This document shows positions 29,885 through 40,070 of a DNA stretch of 41,557 nucleotides, one piece after another; position 1 is the stretch's first letter; the number at the start of each line of letters is the position of its first letter. The position numbers and the translations under genes are program-made. Origin of the DNA: Pseudobacteriovorax sp. (GTDB lineage Bacteria > Bdellovibrionota_B > Oligoflexia > Oligoflexales > Oligoflexaceae); the NCBI GenBank assembly GCA_050293845.1, contig JBNKNM010000027.1, positions 1 through 41,557 on the forward strand. The letters run 5' to 3'. The notes beneath the pieces are model-generated. The model was not told the DNA's origin and made no database searches. It saw only the letters and a program-made list of their open reading frames with translations.

Positions 29885-32800
29885 ATGAACGATTATTCAT
29901 CAATTTTATGGGAGGTGTCCCTGGTATGGCTTGCTTTGTTTTTGTCAGCTTCAGTATCTGGACAGGAAAATATTGCGCTCAAGGCAAGTAGCTCTACCAG
30001 CTATGTATCTCCCTGGGAGAGTCTTAGTGCTATCAATGACGGATTTAAGCCAGCAGATTCTAATGACAGATCACATGCTGTTTATGGGAACTGGCCAGAA
30101 ACCGGTACCCAATGGGTTCAGTATGAATGGTCAGAGCCGGCCACAACGGGAGAGGTCGCCGTCTATTGGTTTGATGATCCTGAAGGGATCGACAGCCCCA
30201 CAAGCAGCCGGTTGCAGTATTGGAATGGCTCAGCTTGGGTCACGATTGCTACTGTGGGAGTGTCGCCAAACCAATATAATGTCGCAACTTTTGCAGCAGT
30301 AACTACAAGCCAATTGCGCTTGGAGTTTACTGCCAATGGCTCCCAATCAACGGGAATACTTGAATTCAGGGTCATGGGAACTGGAGGTGGAGCCGGGCCT
30401 GAAGAACCACCACAGGATAATGAATGCCCGGCCCCAGTGCTATCTGGTGATGGTCCCACTCTGGAAAATAGCATCAACTCGCAGAACTCTGTCAGTAGCT
30501 TGATTTTGCTGAAAACAGATGCGTTTTGTACTTTCCTCGATGCAGAGTCTCAGGTCATGATAAGCATGAGAACCAAATCGGAGCAGCCATTCGATTTCAT
30601 GCCCTACCAGCGTTTTGCAGAGCGATCAGGCAATGGTTATGCCCACTTAGGTGATGTGACCCTGCGCTATCGATCCATCGACGATAAGGGTTGGATAAAT
30701 GTAAGCAGTTATGGTCAGCGTAGTCCAGTCAATCCCATTAGCGATTTGGAGCCTGGACAATTAGCGGCTGCTGATATCACTCCTACTTTTCCAAAAAACT
30801 TGCCGCTCGCGATAGTTCGTGAGTGGTCCCTAGTGAATGGCGAACTGATGATGGGATTAAGCCTAACCAATACCTCGGAGAAGCCTGTGGAGATCGGAGC
30901 TCTAGGGGTGCCCATGATATTTGATAATATTCTGAGTGGTCGTTCCCTGGAGAAGGCTCATCAACTGAATTCTTTTTCAGATCCTTATATCGGCGGTCAG
31001 TCCGGCTATATTCAAGTAACCCGTTTAAACGGAGAAGGGCCGGTATTGCTGGTGCTTCCTGAAAAAAACACCTCCTTTGAAGCCTATGGACCCCTGTTAA
31101 ACCGAGCAGAAACAGATCCCCATATGTTTTCAGAAAACACACCACGGTCCATTACCTTCGAGGGTTTTTATCAATGGATGGTTCACAGTAAGGCCTATCA
31201 ATCTGATGTTTGGTCAAATGCTGAGCAGTGGAACCCACCAACTTCACTGTCACTGGTTCCGGGTGCATCAGCCCAGCTAGGATTTCGATTTGTACTTTCC
31301 GATAGTATTCGCAATATCGAGCCAACCTTAATAGCGCAGAAGCACCCGGTGGCAGTGGGCTTTCCAGGCTATGTTGTTTCTACTGATAGCGATGCCAGTT
31401 TATTTTTGCATGCACCGACACCGGTCGCAGATATTCGTGTCAAACCAGAAGGGGCTCTCAAGTTCGTACCCGCGGGTACGACAAAGAATGGTTGGCAGGC
31501 TTATGGTATAGAGGGCTCTCGCCCGGGTCGAGCGCATGTTACCATATCCTACAAGGATGGTATGCACCAGAGCCTACACTATATGGTGACTCGTCCGGCT
31601 GAAGAGATTATGTCACAAATGGGTGAGTTTCTGACCAGCAAAGCCTGGTACGAAAATCCACAAGATCCTTTTGGTCGCAGTCCGTCTGTGATGACCTACG
31701 ATCGCGGTACAGACAGTATACTGCTTCAATGTACGCGCGCTTGGGTCTGCGGCCTTGGTGATGATGGCGGAGCAACCTGGCTGGCCGGTGTCATGAAGCT
31801 ACTAGGCAAGCCAAACATCGAGCAGGTCAGTAAGTATGAGCGCTTTGTCGACGAAGTAATTTGGGGAGGACTACAATACAACAGCGGTCCTTTACGCTAT
31901 GGTGTAAAGCGTACTTTGTTCTACTACGAGCCTATGGAGTTCCCCAGCGGTTTCTACGATCCTAGTTTGAATTGGGGAGTGTGGTCAGCTTGGTCAAAAA
32001 AGCATACATTAGATGTTCCACGCTCCTATAATTATCCCCATGTTATTTCGCTCTATTGGGTACTATATCGTTTGGCGCGAAATACCGAGGATTTGGTTTG
32101 CCATCACGATTGGCAGTGGTATTTAAACCAGGCATACCAAACCGTTGTTGCTATGACTGGGATCGGCGATCATTACACCCAATTTGGCTTAATGAATGGC
32201 TCCGTCGTTGTTGAGCTACTCAAAGATTTAAAAAGAGAAGGCTGGGGCAGCCAAGCACGGGATTTAGAACAGCGGATGAAAGCGCGGGCAGATCACTGGA
32301 ATACATTACCTTATCCATTTGGCAGTGAAATGCCTTGGGATTCCACGGGGCAAGAAGAAGTTTACGCATGGACGCGGTATTTTAGTATGAACGATAAAAG
32401 TGAAGTCTCTCTGAGTGCAATACTAGCTTATACTCCTGCCGTACCTCATTGGGCATACAATGGTTCGGCCCGGCGTTATTGGGATTTTATTTACGGTGGT
32501 TCAAAAATCACTCGTGTGGAACGTATGCTGCATCATTATGGATCTAGCTTGAATGCATTGCCTGTGCTGTCTGAGTTTCGCCAGAATCCAGACGATGTTT
32601 ATCTACTGCGCATTGCCTATGCGGGCATGATCGGCCCTCTCACTAATATTGATCAGCAGGGTTTCCCTTCCATGGCCTTTCATGCCTTTCCAGATATGCT
32701 GAAAATCGATGATAGAACAGGAGATGTGGGGCTTGCTATTGCGGGGCACACCCGGGGAACGGCCAGTTATCTTATCGATCATCCAGAGTTCGGTTGGCAA

Positions 32801-33145
32801 GTCTTTGGTGGTAAAGTTGTCAAAGTTAACAATGGAAAATCAATAACGCTGCTTCCCAGAGATAGTTTTAGAAAGCGCGTGTATCTGGCTCCCTGGGGCA
32901 TATGGCTGACTTTGGATGTAGGTCAATTCAACTCTATAACGATAGATACCAGCAGTGACGAAATACAGCTGACACTATCCGATGCCACAGGTTTTTCACC
33001 GGCAGCCCGCCTACGCATCGAACAACCGGCTGCTGTGAGTGGGGTTGGGTCATACCGGGTTATGGGTTCCTACGCCACAGAGCGGGGCGCTACAGTGATT
33101 CCACTAAACAATGGTCTTGGCTCTGTGATCTTGCGGGACCAATAG
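29885..33145 (+). CDS. secreted DUF5695-type glycoside hydrolase-like protein with N-terminal discoidin/CBM-like domain
   Basis: Signal peptide; AINDG..P..SND....YGNWP..GTQWVQYEW....VYWFDD module; Gly/Pro linker; HLGDVTLRYR, RSYNYPHV, PFGSEMPWDSTGQEEVYAW, PHWAYNGSARRYWDF.YGG, HHYGSSLNA. Confidence 0.75.
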   Translation: MNDYSSILWEVSLVWLALFLSASVSGQENIALKASSSTSYVSPWESLSAINDGFKPADSNDRSHAVYGNWPETGTQWVQYEWSEPATTGEVAVYWFDDPEGIDSPTSSRLQYWNGSAWVTIATVGVSPNQYNVATFAAVTTSQLRLEFTANGSQSTGILEFRVMGTGGGAGPEEPPQDNECPAPVLSGDGPTLENSINSQNSVSSLILLKTDAFCTFLDAESQVMISMRTKSEQPFDFMPYQRFAERSGNGYAHLGDVTLRYRSIDDKGWINVSSYGQRSPVNPISDLEPGQLAAADITPTFPKNLPLAIVREWSLVNGELMMGLSLTNTSEKPVEIGALGVPMIFDNILSGRSLEKAHQLNSFSDPYIGGQSGYIQVTRLNGEGPVLLVLPEKNTSFEAYGPLLNRAETDPHMFSENTPRSITFEGFYQWMVHSKAYQSDVWSNAEQWNPPTSLSLVPGASAQLGFRFVLSDSIRNIEPTLIAQKHPVAVGFPGYVVSTDSDASLFLHAPTPVADIRVKPEGALKFVPAGTTKNGWQAYGIEGSRPGRAHVTISYKDGMHQSLHYMVTRPAEEIMSQMGEFLTSKAWYENPQDPFGRSPSVMTYDRGTDSILLQCTRAWVCGLGDDGGATWLAGVMKLLGKPNIEQVSKYERFVDEVIWGGLQYNSGPLRYGVKRTLFYYEPMEFPSGFYDPSLNWGVWSAWSKKHTLDVPRSYNYPHVISLYWVLYRLARNTEDLVCHHDWQWYLNQAYQTVVAMTGIGDHYTQFGLMNGSVVVELLKDLKREGWGSQARDLEQRMKARADHWNTLPYPFGSEMPWDSTGQEEVYAWTRYFSMNDKSEVSLSAILAYTPAVPHWAYNGSARRYWDFIYGGSKITRVERMLHHYGSSLNALPVLSEFRQNPDDVYLLRIAYAGMIGPLTNIDQQGFPSMAFHAFPDMLKIDDRTGDVGLAIAGHTRGTASYLIDHPEFGWQVFGGKVVKVNNGKSITLLPRDSFRKRVYLAPWGIWLTLDVGQFNSITIDTSSDEIQLTLSDATGFSPAARLRIEQPAAVSGVGSYRVMGSYATERGATVIPLNNGLGSVILRDQ

Positions 33146-33266
33146 TCTAATGCTGTAGCAGGTTTCTGCCATTCGTGAGATATTCCCAATGCCAAGACCT
33201 GTAGATATGCCAGCCGAAGAGGCAGCTTAGGTCCGCATCACTTATCATTGGATATAAGGGAAAATT

Positions 33267-33455
33267 ATGAGCTTCGATCACAACCTTGCTCGATACCGTC
33301 ATGATCTTAAAAACGCTGTCATAGAATTGCAGATTGTTACAGCTCAAAACGAAAATGGAAAGCTTGATGACGAGGAATTTTTAGAGAAGGTTACAGATAT
33401 TTCCCAGCGTATCCTTGCGGAAACGAAAAGTATTAATGCACCATCATCAGAGTAA
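33267..33455 (+). CDS. 62-aa protein with histidine-kinase H-box-like helix (isolated DHp-like)
   Basis: AAGGGA RBS; LARYRHDLKNAVIELQIV followed by a second amphipathic helix FLEKVTDISQRILAET. Confidence 0.5.
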   Translation: MSFDHNLARYRHDLKNAVIELQIVTAQNENGKLDDEEFLEKVTDISQRILAETKSINAPSSE

Positions 33456-33639
33456 ATCCTTGAGCGGGTTAAGGTCAAGATGATTTGCCTTAACATGGCA
33501 TTAGAAATGATACTGCTTGTTGAACATGAAGACTTATTAAAACCTAAGTTTCTTAGCTCAAGAAGCTGAAATCCCATTGATGTCTATAAAATTTTTTCTC
33601 AGAAAATCAGAGAGGAGATGATATACTATATGTTAATTA

Positions 33640-34602
33640 ATGAATATATTTCATCGGAATGCTTTCATGTATAATATGTTAATTCTTGAAGATAATAAGG
33701 AAGAGCTTGATACATATAGAATGGTTTTGAGTGAATTTGATGATATCCATACGACTTATATTGAGGATCAAACTCATGGTATGCAGTTAGTAAGCAGACA
33801 ACACTTTGATTGCATGATCATCGATCTTAAGTTAAAGGACGGCTCAGGTATGAACGTCATTCATGAGGCTCGGCTTCATGCAACTAACCGTGGAACTCCG
33901 ATCTATCTTTTATCAGGATTTATTGATCCATTGATAAGAAAAATAGCTGTATCTTTCCATGTCATGGATACAGTGGATAAGCCTATCGATTTTAGAAAAT
34001 TCATTTTAACCGTAATAAATCAACTTAAGACCAAAAAGGTTATCTATAAATATGATGCAAAGCTGATCAATGTCATCATTAATGCTGGCCTCAAGACGTT
34101 TGAAGATTATTTCCAACAACGACCCCATGTCGGCCGTACTAAATTGAAAACAAACAACAGTCCAGCTCGTGGCCAAGTTACAGCTGTTATTGATTTCAAT
34201 TCCAGCGATGGTGAAGGTTCTATGGCCCTGAGTGCAAACAGTCAATTTATCAAAAATATAGCTAAAATATTACTGAACAAACCGCTGTCGGAAGAGCTAT
34301 TCGCTAATGAAGCTAAGGATATTCTTGGTGAAATGGTAAATCAGGTTCTTGGCCGTATTAAAATTGCGATATCTCAAAGAGGGGGGAATATTACAGTTGG
34401 CCTCCCTAAGGTGATGGTCAAGAAAAATCTGCAAGGTTACCATGAGACCAATAATCCAATAGTTTTCACACCATTTGGACTAGATAATTATGGTTGTGAT
34501 ATGGAGTTTGCTATGCGTAAAGGGGAACTTGTCCTTGAAGATAATCTTATCTCAATCGAAAAAAGCACTGAAACAAGTGGAAGTGTGATCCTATTTGACT
34601 GA
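33640..34602 (+). CDS. response regulator receiver fused to CheX-like phosphatase domain
   Basis: LILEDN, MIIDLKLKDGSG, LLSG, DKP receiver; VTAVIDF...GSMALS...DILGEMVNQVLGRIK...GLPKV with the E-x-x-N CheX motif; start may be 33667. Confidence 0.85.
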   Translation: MNIFHRNAFMYNMLILEDNKEELDTYRMVLSEFDDIHTTYIEDQTHGMQLVSRQHFDCMIIDLKLKDGSGMNVIHEARLHATNRGTPIYLLSGFIDPLIRKIAVSFHVMDTVDKPIDFRKFILTVINQLKTKKVIYKYDAKLINVIINAGLKTFEDYFQQRPHVGRTKLKTNNSPARGQVTAVIDFNSSDGEGSMALSANSQFIKNIAKILLNKPLSEELFANEAKDILGEMVNQVLGRIKIAISQRGGNITVGLPKVMVKKNLQGYHETNNPIVFTPFGLDNYGCDMEFAMRKGELVLEDNLISIEKSTETSGSVILFD

Positions 34603-34711
34603 TAGAAAATCCTCCCTTGAGTACTTTTAAATTCAACTCAGGCCAAATTGAGCTTCTAAGGATTTTAAGGCAAGGATCACTAAAAAGTATTGAGGTTAGT
34701 GCTGGATGTAC

Positions 34712-35146
34712 CTAAAGGAATGAAATGACCTTTATCTTAACTAATAAGCTTTGCCCGGCTAACGGATGGTTGGTATCTATACTTGCATAATCTCCATTTA
34801 ACTTTACTATTACGCCATCAAGTGTCTCTTCACCACCTTTAGAAGAAACCGTTATCTGAATGTCTTCACCTTCGTAGTGCTTGTGATCTTGCGCTAAAGG
34901 TAGCCTATATATTTTGTCTTCTTGTCGCTCTCCAAAAGCCTGTGCTGCAGGAATTTTAATACTTTTGGTTTCATTTCTCTGCATACCCAGCAACGAATTG
35001 GAAAATACAGCTGAAATCGTATTCGCAGATTTTTTCCCAGCAATCATTTTGATCGGCTCTTCTGATTCACCGTCTAAACAACTGCCATCTTCAAGGTAAG
35101 AGGAACACAAAAAAGTAACACGTTGCCCTTTTCTTATACGACTCAA
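34712..35146 (-). CDS. FKBP-type peptidyl-prolyl isomerase (SlpA/SlyD-like, no His-rich tail)
   Basis: LEDGSCLD, LLGM...ETKSI.IPAAQAFGER, IDTNHPLAGQSL..KIKV. Confidence 0.8.
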   Translation of the reverse strand: MSRIRKGQRVTFLCSSYLEDGSCLDGESEEPIKMIAGKKSANTISAVFSNSLLGMQRNETKSIKIPAAQAFGERQEDKIYRLPLAQDHKHYEGEDIQITVSSKGGEETLDGVIVKLNGDYASIDTNHPLAGQSLLVKIKVISFL

Positions 35147-36080
35147 TCCAATATTCCTTTCTGGAGAGTAGAACTATTTATTAACGGCAGCATAAGCCTC
35201 CGTTTTGCGTTAGGCTCAAAGATTCGTAACTGTACCTAGCGTACTATCTCCTCAGATTTTTCGACCGAGCCTTGTCCGGAAGGTTATGCTCCTATTAATA
35301 GGTGCTAACCGGCTTAAGAAAGGTAGGTATTATGAAATACTAGGGAAACTATATAACCCGAATACGAAAATTGTTCCTATTCTGACCTGCTTCAGCAAAA
35401 ATATTCTCATTAACAAGGCTAGGTGCCGCGATTTATAGCACCCTTGTGCCTTGATTGAGACGTATTTTTAGCACTCAACGCCTTTTGGAATATTTCCAAA
35501 CTGGAGTTTATCAGATCCCAGCTATAACTTTTCAGTCATTACGTTTATAACTCTAGACTAAACTACTAATGCTGTCTATCTAATTCTTATATATAGATTG
35601 AAAAACGCCTGCATAATCTCTTTTAGAATTGCATATTATTCAGTAATTTTTGCTACTTAGCTCGAATGAAGATACAGTAGTTGCTATCAAATTTTAAGTA
35701 GATTGTCTATAGTTAAAATCATATTGAAAACGATGAATTTCATTTTTTTTTTTGCCGATAGCTTAGGCCATACAATGATGGAGTTTTTAGCTATGGTATT
35801 CTATGTCTTATATGTCTTAAACTTTTGACAGCATGCAAAAGTATTTCTCTATAGAATGTTGCAGTGCACGAGTTTACTAATTCCTTCCTATACTTATCTG
35901 ATCGTTAGGTCAAAGCTCAGTCGGCAATGCAACAGTAAGCTATATTAATCAGATCCCTTTATACGCAACGTTACCCAAAGACCCTTAGATTAAAATTTGA
36001 TAGATTGGGTTTGGTCAGTCGTCCAGTTAATTGTATTGAATATTTAGAGTTCATAATTCATCTATTTAGAAAGGCGAAAA

Positions 36081-36968
36081 ATGCTTAATAGACTAGCTAT
36101 AATAATGTTAGGCTGCTTATTAACAGCTTCATCTTATGGTTCTTTTTTACCACCCAATAACTTGCATCTCCATGATAGCATTCTTGATACTAACATGACA
36201 CAAGAAGAGTTTAATACCATCATCCAAAAAGCTGACGATATCTACTCTCCCATTATTTCTGCACAAGGAGGTAATCTCGTTATCAATCGCAACTGGACTA
36301 GCAGTACAGTAAATGCCAGTGCCAGTCAGTCCTGGTGGGGAAATACATGGTCCGTAAACATGTATGGGGGCCTTGCAAGACGTCCAGAAGTAACTCCGGA
36401 CGGTTTCGCTTTAGTTGTTTGCCATGAGCTAGGACACCATTTAGCAGGATATCCCTTCACCGGATCTACGTCATGGGCTGCTAATGAAGGGCAGTCAGAT
36501 TACTTTGCTACCCTTACCTGTGCCCGCGAAATATGGCGAGATGAACTAGAAGTCAATGCGGGATTTCGCGACACCATTAGCGCTTTTCCGAAAAAGCTAT
36601 GTGATGATGTATGGACTGCAGATGATGACCAAAATCTATGTTACAGAACTATGGAAGCGGGTAAGTCCTTAGCCGATTTACTGTCAGCTTTAGGAGGTTC
36701 GACAGTTTCTTATACGACTCCGGACATATCGGTTGTTAGTAGAACTGATAATGCTCATCCCGAAGGCCAGTGCCGCCTTGATACCTATATGGCAGGCGCC
36801 ATTTGCGCTGCTGGCTGGGATGCGGATTTAATTCCAGGAAAAAGACTGGGGTTCGACCGTAACAGCGCTTCAGCCGAAGAGATTTCTGCCGATTACACCT
36901 GTAGCCGTGCTGCTACTGGTTTTGATATCGGTTACCGACCACAATGCTGGTTTAAATCCAAGCTTTAG
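36081..36968 (+). CDS. secreted zinc metallopeptidase-like protein
   Basis: Signal peptide; VNASA, MYGGLARRPE.T.DGFALVVCHELGHHLAG, NEGQSDYFAT..C, HPEGQCRLDTY; Cys-rich. Confidence 0.8.
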   Translation: MLNRLAIIMLGCLLTASSYGSFLPPNNLHLHDSILDTNMTQEEFNTIIQKADDIYSPIISAQGGNLVINRNWTSSTVNASASQSWWGNTWSVNMYGGLARRPEVTPDGFALVVCHELGHHLAGYPFTGSTSWAANEGQSDYFATLTCAREIWRDELEVNAGFRDTISAFPKKLCDDVWTADDDQNLCYRTMEAGKSLADLLSALGGSTVSYTTPDISVVSRTDNAHPEGQCRLDTYMAGAICAAGWDADLIPGKRLGFDRNSASAEEISADYTCSRAATGFDIGYRPQCWFKSKL

Positions 36969-36986
36969 AATGAAGCCGTAACAGAT

Positions 36987-37029
36987 CCTGGATTTCCTAC
37001 GACCTACCACTAGGGAATTCAGGTTTTTT
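36987..37029 (+). terminator. probable intrinsic terminator between convergent genes
   Basis: CCTGGATTTCCTA..TAGGGAATTCAGG stem (with G-U pairs) followed by TTTTTT. Confidence 0.5.
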
Positions 37030-37053
37030 CCCTTAAGTTAGAGAACTAAAGTC

Positions 37054-37617
37054 TCACCATTCACCAGATTGTAAATTTACTAGATGATTCTCAACGAAAC
37101 TTGTTCTCTCTGCTACATCCCCATTAGGAACTTCGATAAACATATAATCCAATTCTCTATATACTTTAATAATTTGCTGATGAAATTTTTCAACTTCTTG
37201 AAAGGTCATATTTCTTTCATCATCAGTGCCATAGATTTTTTCCCACGGATTTAACAAGAAAACATATTTGTTATAACGGTAATCTTGTGATGCCTTAACA
37301 TAATCAGTATTATTGATAGCACCGCTGTTAGCATATGCAATGTTATCAGGAATTCCTCTATCAAACAGAACAATTTGCTGCTGAGAATATTGGCTATATT
37401 TTTCAAGGGATCTTGTTAAAAGCAAATCAATGAAAAGCTTTCGATCATTTTCCCACAGACCACTACCATTTGTTGCGCGTTGCTCCGCAATCACCTCCCT
37501 TGCAGGTTCACTTTCAACGCTAAAGTCTTTGCCTAGCGATTCTATAAGAGATGTTTTTCCCACACCAGGTGCACCAGTGACAATGAAGAAGTTTTTTCGA
37601 TGAAATTTCAACTGCAA
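37054..37617 (-). CDS. AAA_28/NadR-like P-loop ATPase
   Basis: IVTGAPGVGKTSLI, EPAREVI, LFDRGIPD..AY, VFLL.PW..IY..D.ER. Confidence 0.85.
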   Translation of the reverse strand: MQLKFHRKNFFIVTGAPGVGKTSLIESLGKDFSVESEPAREVIAEQRATNGSGLWENDRKLFIDLLLTRSLEKYSQYSQQQIVLFDRGIPDNIAYANSGAINNTDYVKASQDYRYNKYVFLLNPWEKIYGTDDERNMTFQEVEKFHQQIIKVYRELDYMFIEVPNGDVAERTSFVENHLVNLQSGEW

Positions 37618-37787
37618 TTCCTTATTACGATATTTGTTACCTCTTTGAGACTAATGTTTAATTACTAATTTGTATGATTATTTCAGTGTTAGTTTTTCCT
37701 AGCATCAGAAATTCAAGCCATTAGACATGCGTATAAAAATTTTGTTTCCTTACAAGCCGTTGATTAAGCAAATTTTTTAAGTATCTA

Positions 37788-37815
37788 TAAAAAATTCCAT
37801 GCGTTGTGCCGATAT
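37788..37815 (+). promoter_or_regulatory. putative sigma-28 (FliA)-type promoter
   Basis: TAAA-N16-GCCGATAT, 38 nt upstream of the lipoprotein start. Confidence 0.4.
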
Positions 37816-37853
37816 AGTGAAGGGCTAGTAAAGAAAGTAAGGGTTAGTAAAAA

Positions 37854-38864
37854 ATGAGGATCATTAATCTTGTCTTCTTAATAGGCTGCTGTCTCCTGCT
37901 TGGAAGCTGCAACAAAGCCACTCCAATCAACAGTAATGTATCTACTAAAGATGGTCTCAACAGCGAAAACAATACACTAAACGATAGTAGGCCTTCTGAA
38001 GAAAATGTTGGGATACCTGGCTACATCCTAGAATGTGACGAACAGCTTGTCAACAATAATATAGTCAACATAAATTGTGGAGTGCAAGAACAAACTGGTG
38101 AGCTGCTTGACTTTACTAATGAAGCTGAGTTACTTCAAGTCAGCATTGAGTCACCTTATGAGTCGGCTTTCAGAATTCTCCCAGAGTCCGATCCTTTCCA
38201 TCCTATTCACCTTGAATTAGATACCAATTTATCTAATGGAGTAGATAAATCCATAATTTATGCAAACACCATTTTGAATGTATCTTTTAAAATCATTGCT
38301 TATAATCAAACCAAAAAAATTAACAGTTCTATGAATTCATCCATAAAAAACAGCGAACCCGTGCTATTTAAATACTGGCGTATTAATGTAGAATCCGTTG
38401 AAGCCAATCTACTCGGTTCCCCCACTGTTTGTATTAACAATCTAGTATTCTATGAAAATAATGTTCCCCTCAATAGTCGTGTGGATGTGAACCAAAATGA
38501 GCTATTCGGTAATTATGCAGTAGCATCGACATCCTCATCGCAGCCGCTTCCTGAGCACCCCACATCTGAAGCTTTAGACAATAATGATGAAATTTTTTGG
38601 GAAAGCGATTTTAATCTGTTTGCTGGTGAAAGCCCTTTCGACGCTGTAGTCGACGTATGGTTTCAAATTGAGTTTTTGAATGATCTGGTTGATATTTCCG
38701 GAATCGAAATATTTAGCCAAACACCTATCTATCCTATAGGCGAGTGTATACCGGATCAAATCCAGATAACGGCAAGTCAAGATGCTATTAATTGGGTTGT
38801 CATTCAAGGGGTTAATTTTGAAACACCAAGCACATTAGAAAGCATTTTTATTAGCCTTAAGTAA
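37854..38864 (+). CDS. lipoprotein with C-terminal discoidin/F5-8-like domain
   Basis: LLGSC lipobox; FKYWRINV, STSSS...ALDN....WES, WFQIEF, P..I.I.AS.D..NW. Confidence 0.75.
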   Translation: MRIINLVFLIGCCLLLGSCNKATPINSNVSTKDGLNSENNTLNDSRPSEENVGIPGYILECDEQLVNNNIVNINCGVQEQTGELLDFTNEAELLQVSIESPYESAFRILPESDPFHPIHLELDTNLSNGVDKSIIYANTILNVSFKIIAYNQTKKINSSMNSSIKNSEPVLFKYWRINVESVEANLLGSPTVCINNLVFYENNVPLNSRVDVNQNELFGNYAVASTSSSQPLPEHPTSEALDNNDEIFWESDFNLFAGESPFDAVVDVWFQIEFLNDLVDISGIEIFSQTPIYPIGECIPDQIQITASQDAINWVVIQGVNFETPSTLESIFISLK

Positions 38865-39084
38865 ATATTACTTTGATATTTTCGTCTGAGAGTGACTATG
38901 TCTTCTCCCTGCATCCTTGCATTATTATTTCTATGATTCTCATAAGTATAGGCATGTTGTGATTGAATTCTCTTCATGCATCTGCCTACCAGGTCGGCCA
39001 TAGTTTCTACCTTTGGAAATCAAAAAGTTCCATACCACCGAATATAATTACCCCTTAAACGAATGCCATTCGCTTGGGATCGCC

Positions 39085-40020
39085 TTATTTTATTATATCA
39101 ATTGGCCCTTTGGGTACGATTCTAAACGGATTGATAGATTCGTGGGAGTAATAGTAGTGCCGCTTGATGTGTTCAAAATTAGTTGTCTGTCGTATTGCTG
39201 GAATTTCAAAGAGAGCTTTCACATAGCGCGACAAGTTCTTGTAGTCTGAAATTTGCCGGATGTTGCATTTAAAGTGACCATGATACACCAAATCAAATCT
39301 AAGCAAAGTCGGTACCAGACGCAAATCAGCCTCTGTAAGGCAGTTCCCAACCAAATAGCTTTTCCCTTCCAAAGCCTCTTCTATGCGATCAAGAGTCTCG
39401 AAAAGTGCGGTTACGGCCTGATCGTACGCAGCTTGGGTTTTTGCAAAACCACTCCGATACACCCCGTTGTTAACGTTTTCATAGATGTCATCATTCCAGA
39501 GGTCGATGCCCTTACGTAGCTTTTCAGGATAGAAATCAGCCTCGTTACCAGTTATTTCATTAAATTGAGTGTTAAAAATACGAATAATTTGTGACGATTC
39601 GTTGTTTACTATAGTTTCAGTCTGTTTATCCCAAAGAATTGGTACAGTGACACTGGTACTGACATCTGACTGTGCCTTTTGATAAATCTCATAGAGAAAG
39701 TTTTTATTGTACAGGTCATCACCAGTTGATCCCGGGAAATCTGCAGACAGAGACCAGCCCTGATCGAGCATATAGGGGTGAACGACACTCACTGATATAT
39801 GCGCCGTTAGCTCTTTTAGCTCCCTAAAGATCAGTGTGCGGTGAGCCCAAGGACAAGCATAGCTTACGTAAAGGTGATAGCGACCTGATTCTGGCCGGTA
39901 AATATCATGATCATCAGAGATGGTGTCAAGAAAGCTTCTTGGCATCCTTTTAAAGGCTCCTGACGCATCACTAGTGGCAACATTGCCGGTAACCCATTTT
40001 CCATCGATAAGTCGACCCAT
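39085..40020 (-). CDS. yqjG: glutathionyl-hydroquinone reductase (Xi/omega-like GST, YqjG/ECM4 family)
   Basis: MGRLIDGKW, GRYHLYVSYACPWAHRTLI.R.LK.L, VTVPILWDK...IVNNESS.I, VNNGVYRSGFA..Q.AY, HIKRHYY.SH..INP..IVPKGP. Confidence 0.93.
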   Translation of the reverse strand: MGRLIDGKWVTGNVATSDASGAFKRMPRSFLDTISDDHDIYRPESGRYHLYVSYACPWAHRTLIFRELKELTAHISVSVVHPYMLDQGWSLSADFPGSTGDDLYNKNFLYEIYQKAQSDVSTSVTVPILWDKQTETIVNNESSQIIRIFNTQFNEITGNEADFYPEKLRKGIDLWNDDIYENVNNGVYRSGFAKTQAAYDQAVTALFETLDRIEEALEGKSYLVGNCLTEADLRLVPTLLRFDLVYHGHFKCNIRQISDYKNLSRYVKALFEIPAIRQTTNFEHIKRHYYYSHESINPFRIVPKGPIDIIK

Positions 40021-40033
40021 GAAAATTCCTCCT

Positions 40034-40058
40034 AAAAAAGAAAGGGGTTTCCCCCTTT
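40034..40058 (-). terminator. intrinsic-terminator-like hairpin between doxX and yqjG
   Basis: Minus strand AAAGGGG-GAAA-CCCCTTT followed by CTTTTTT, directly before the yqjG AGGAGG RBS. Confidence 0.55.
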
Positions 40059-40070
40059 GCCTTAGGTTAA

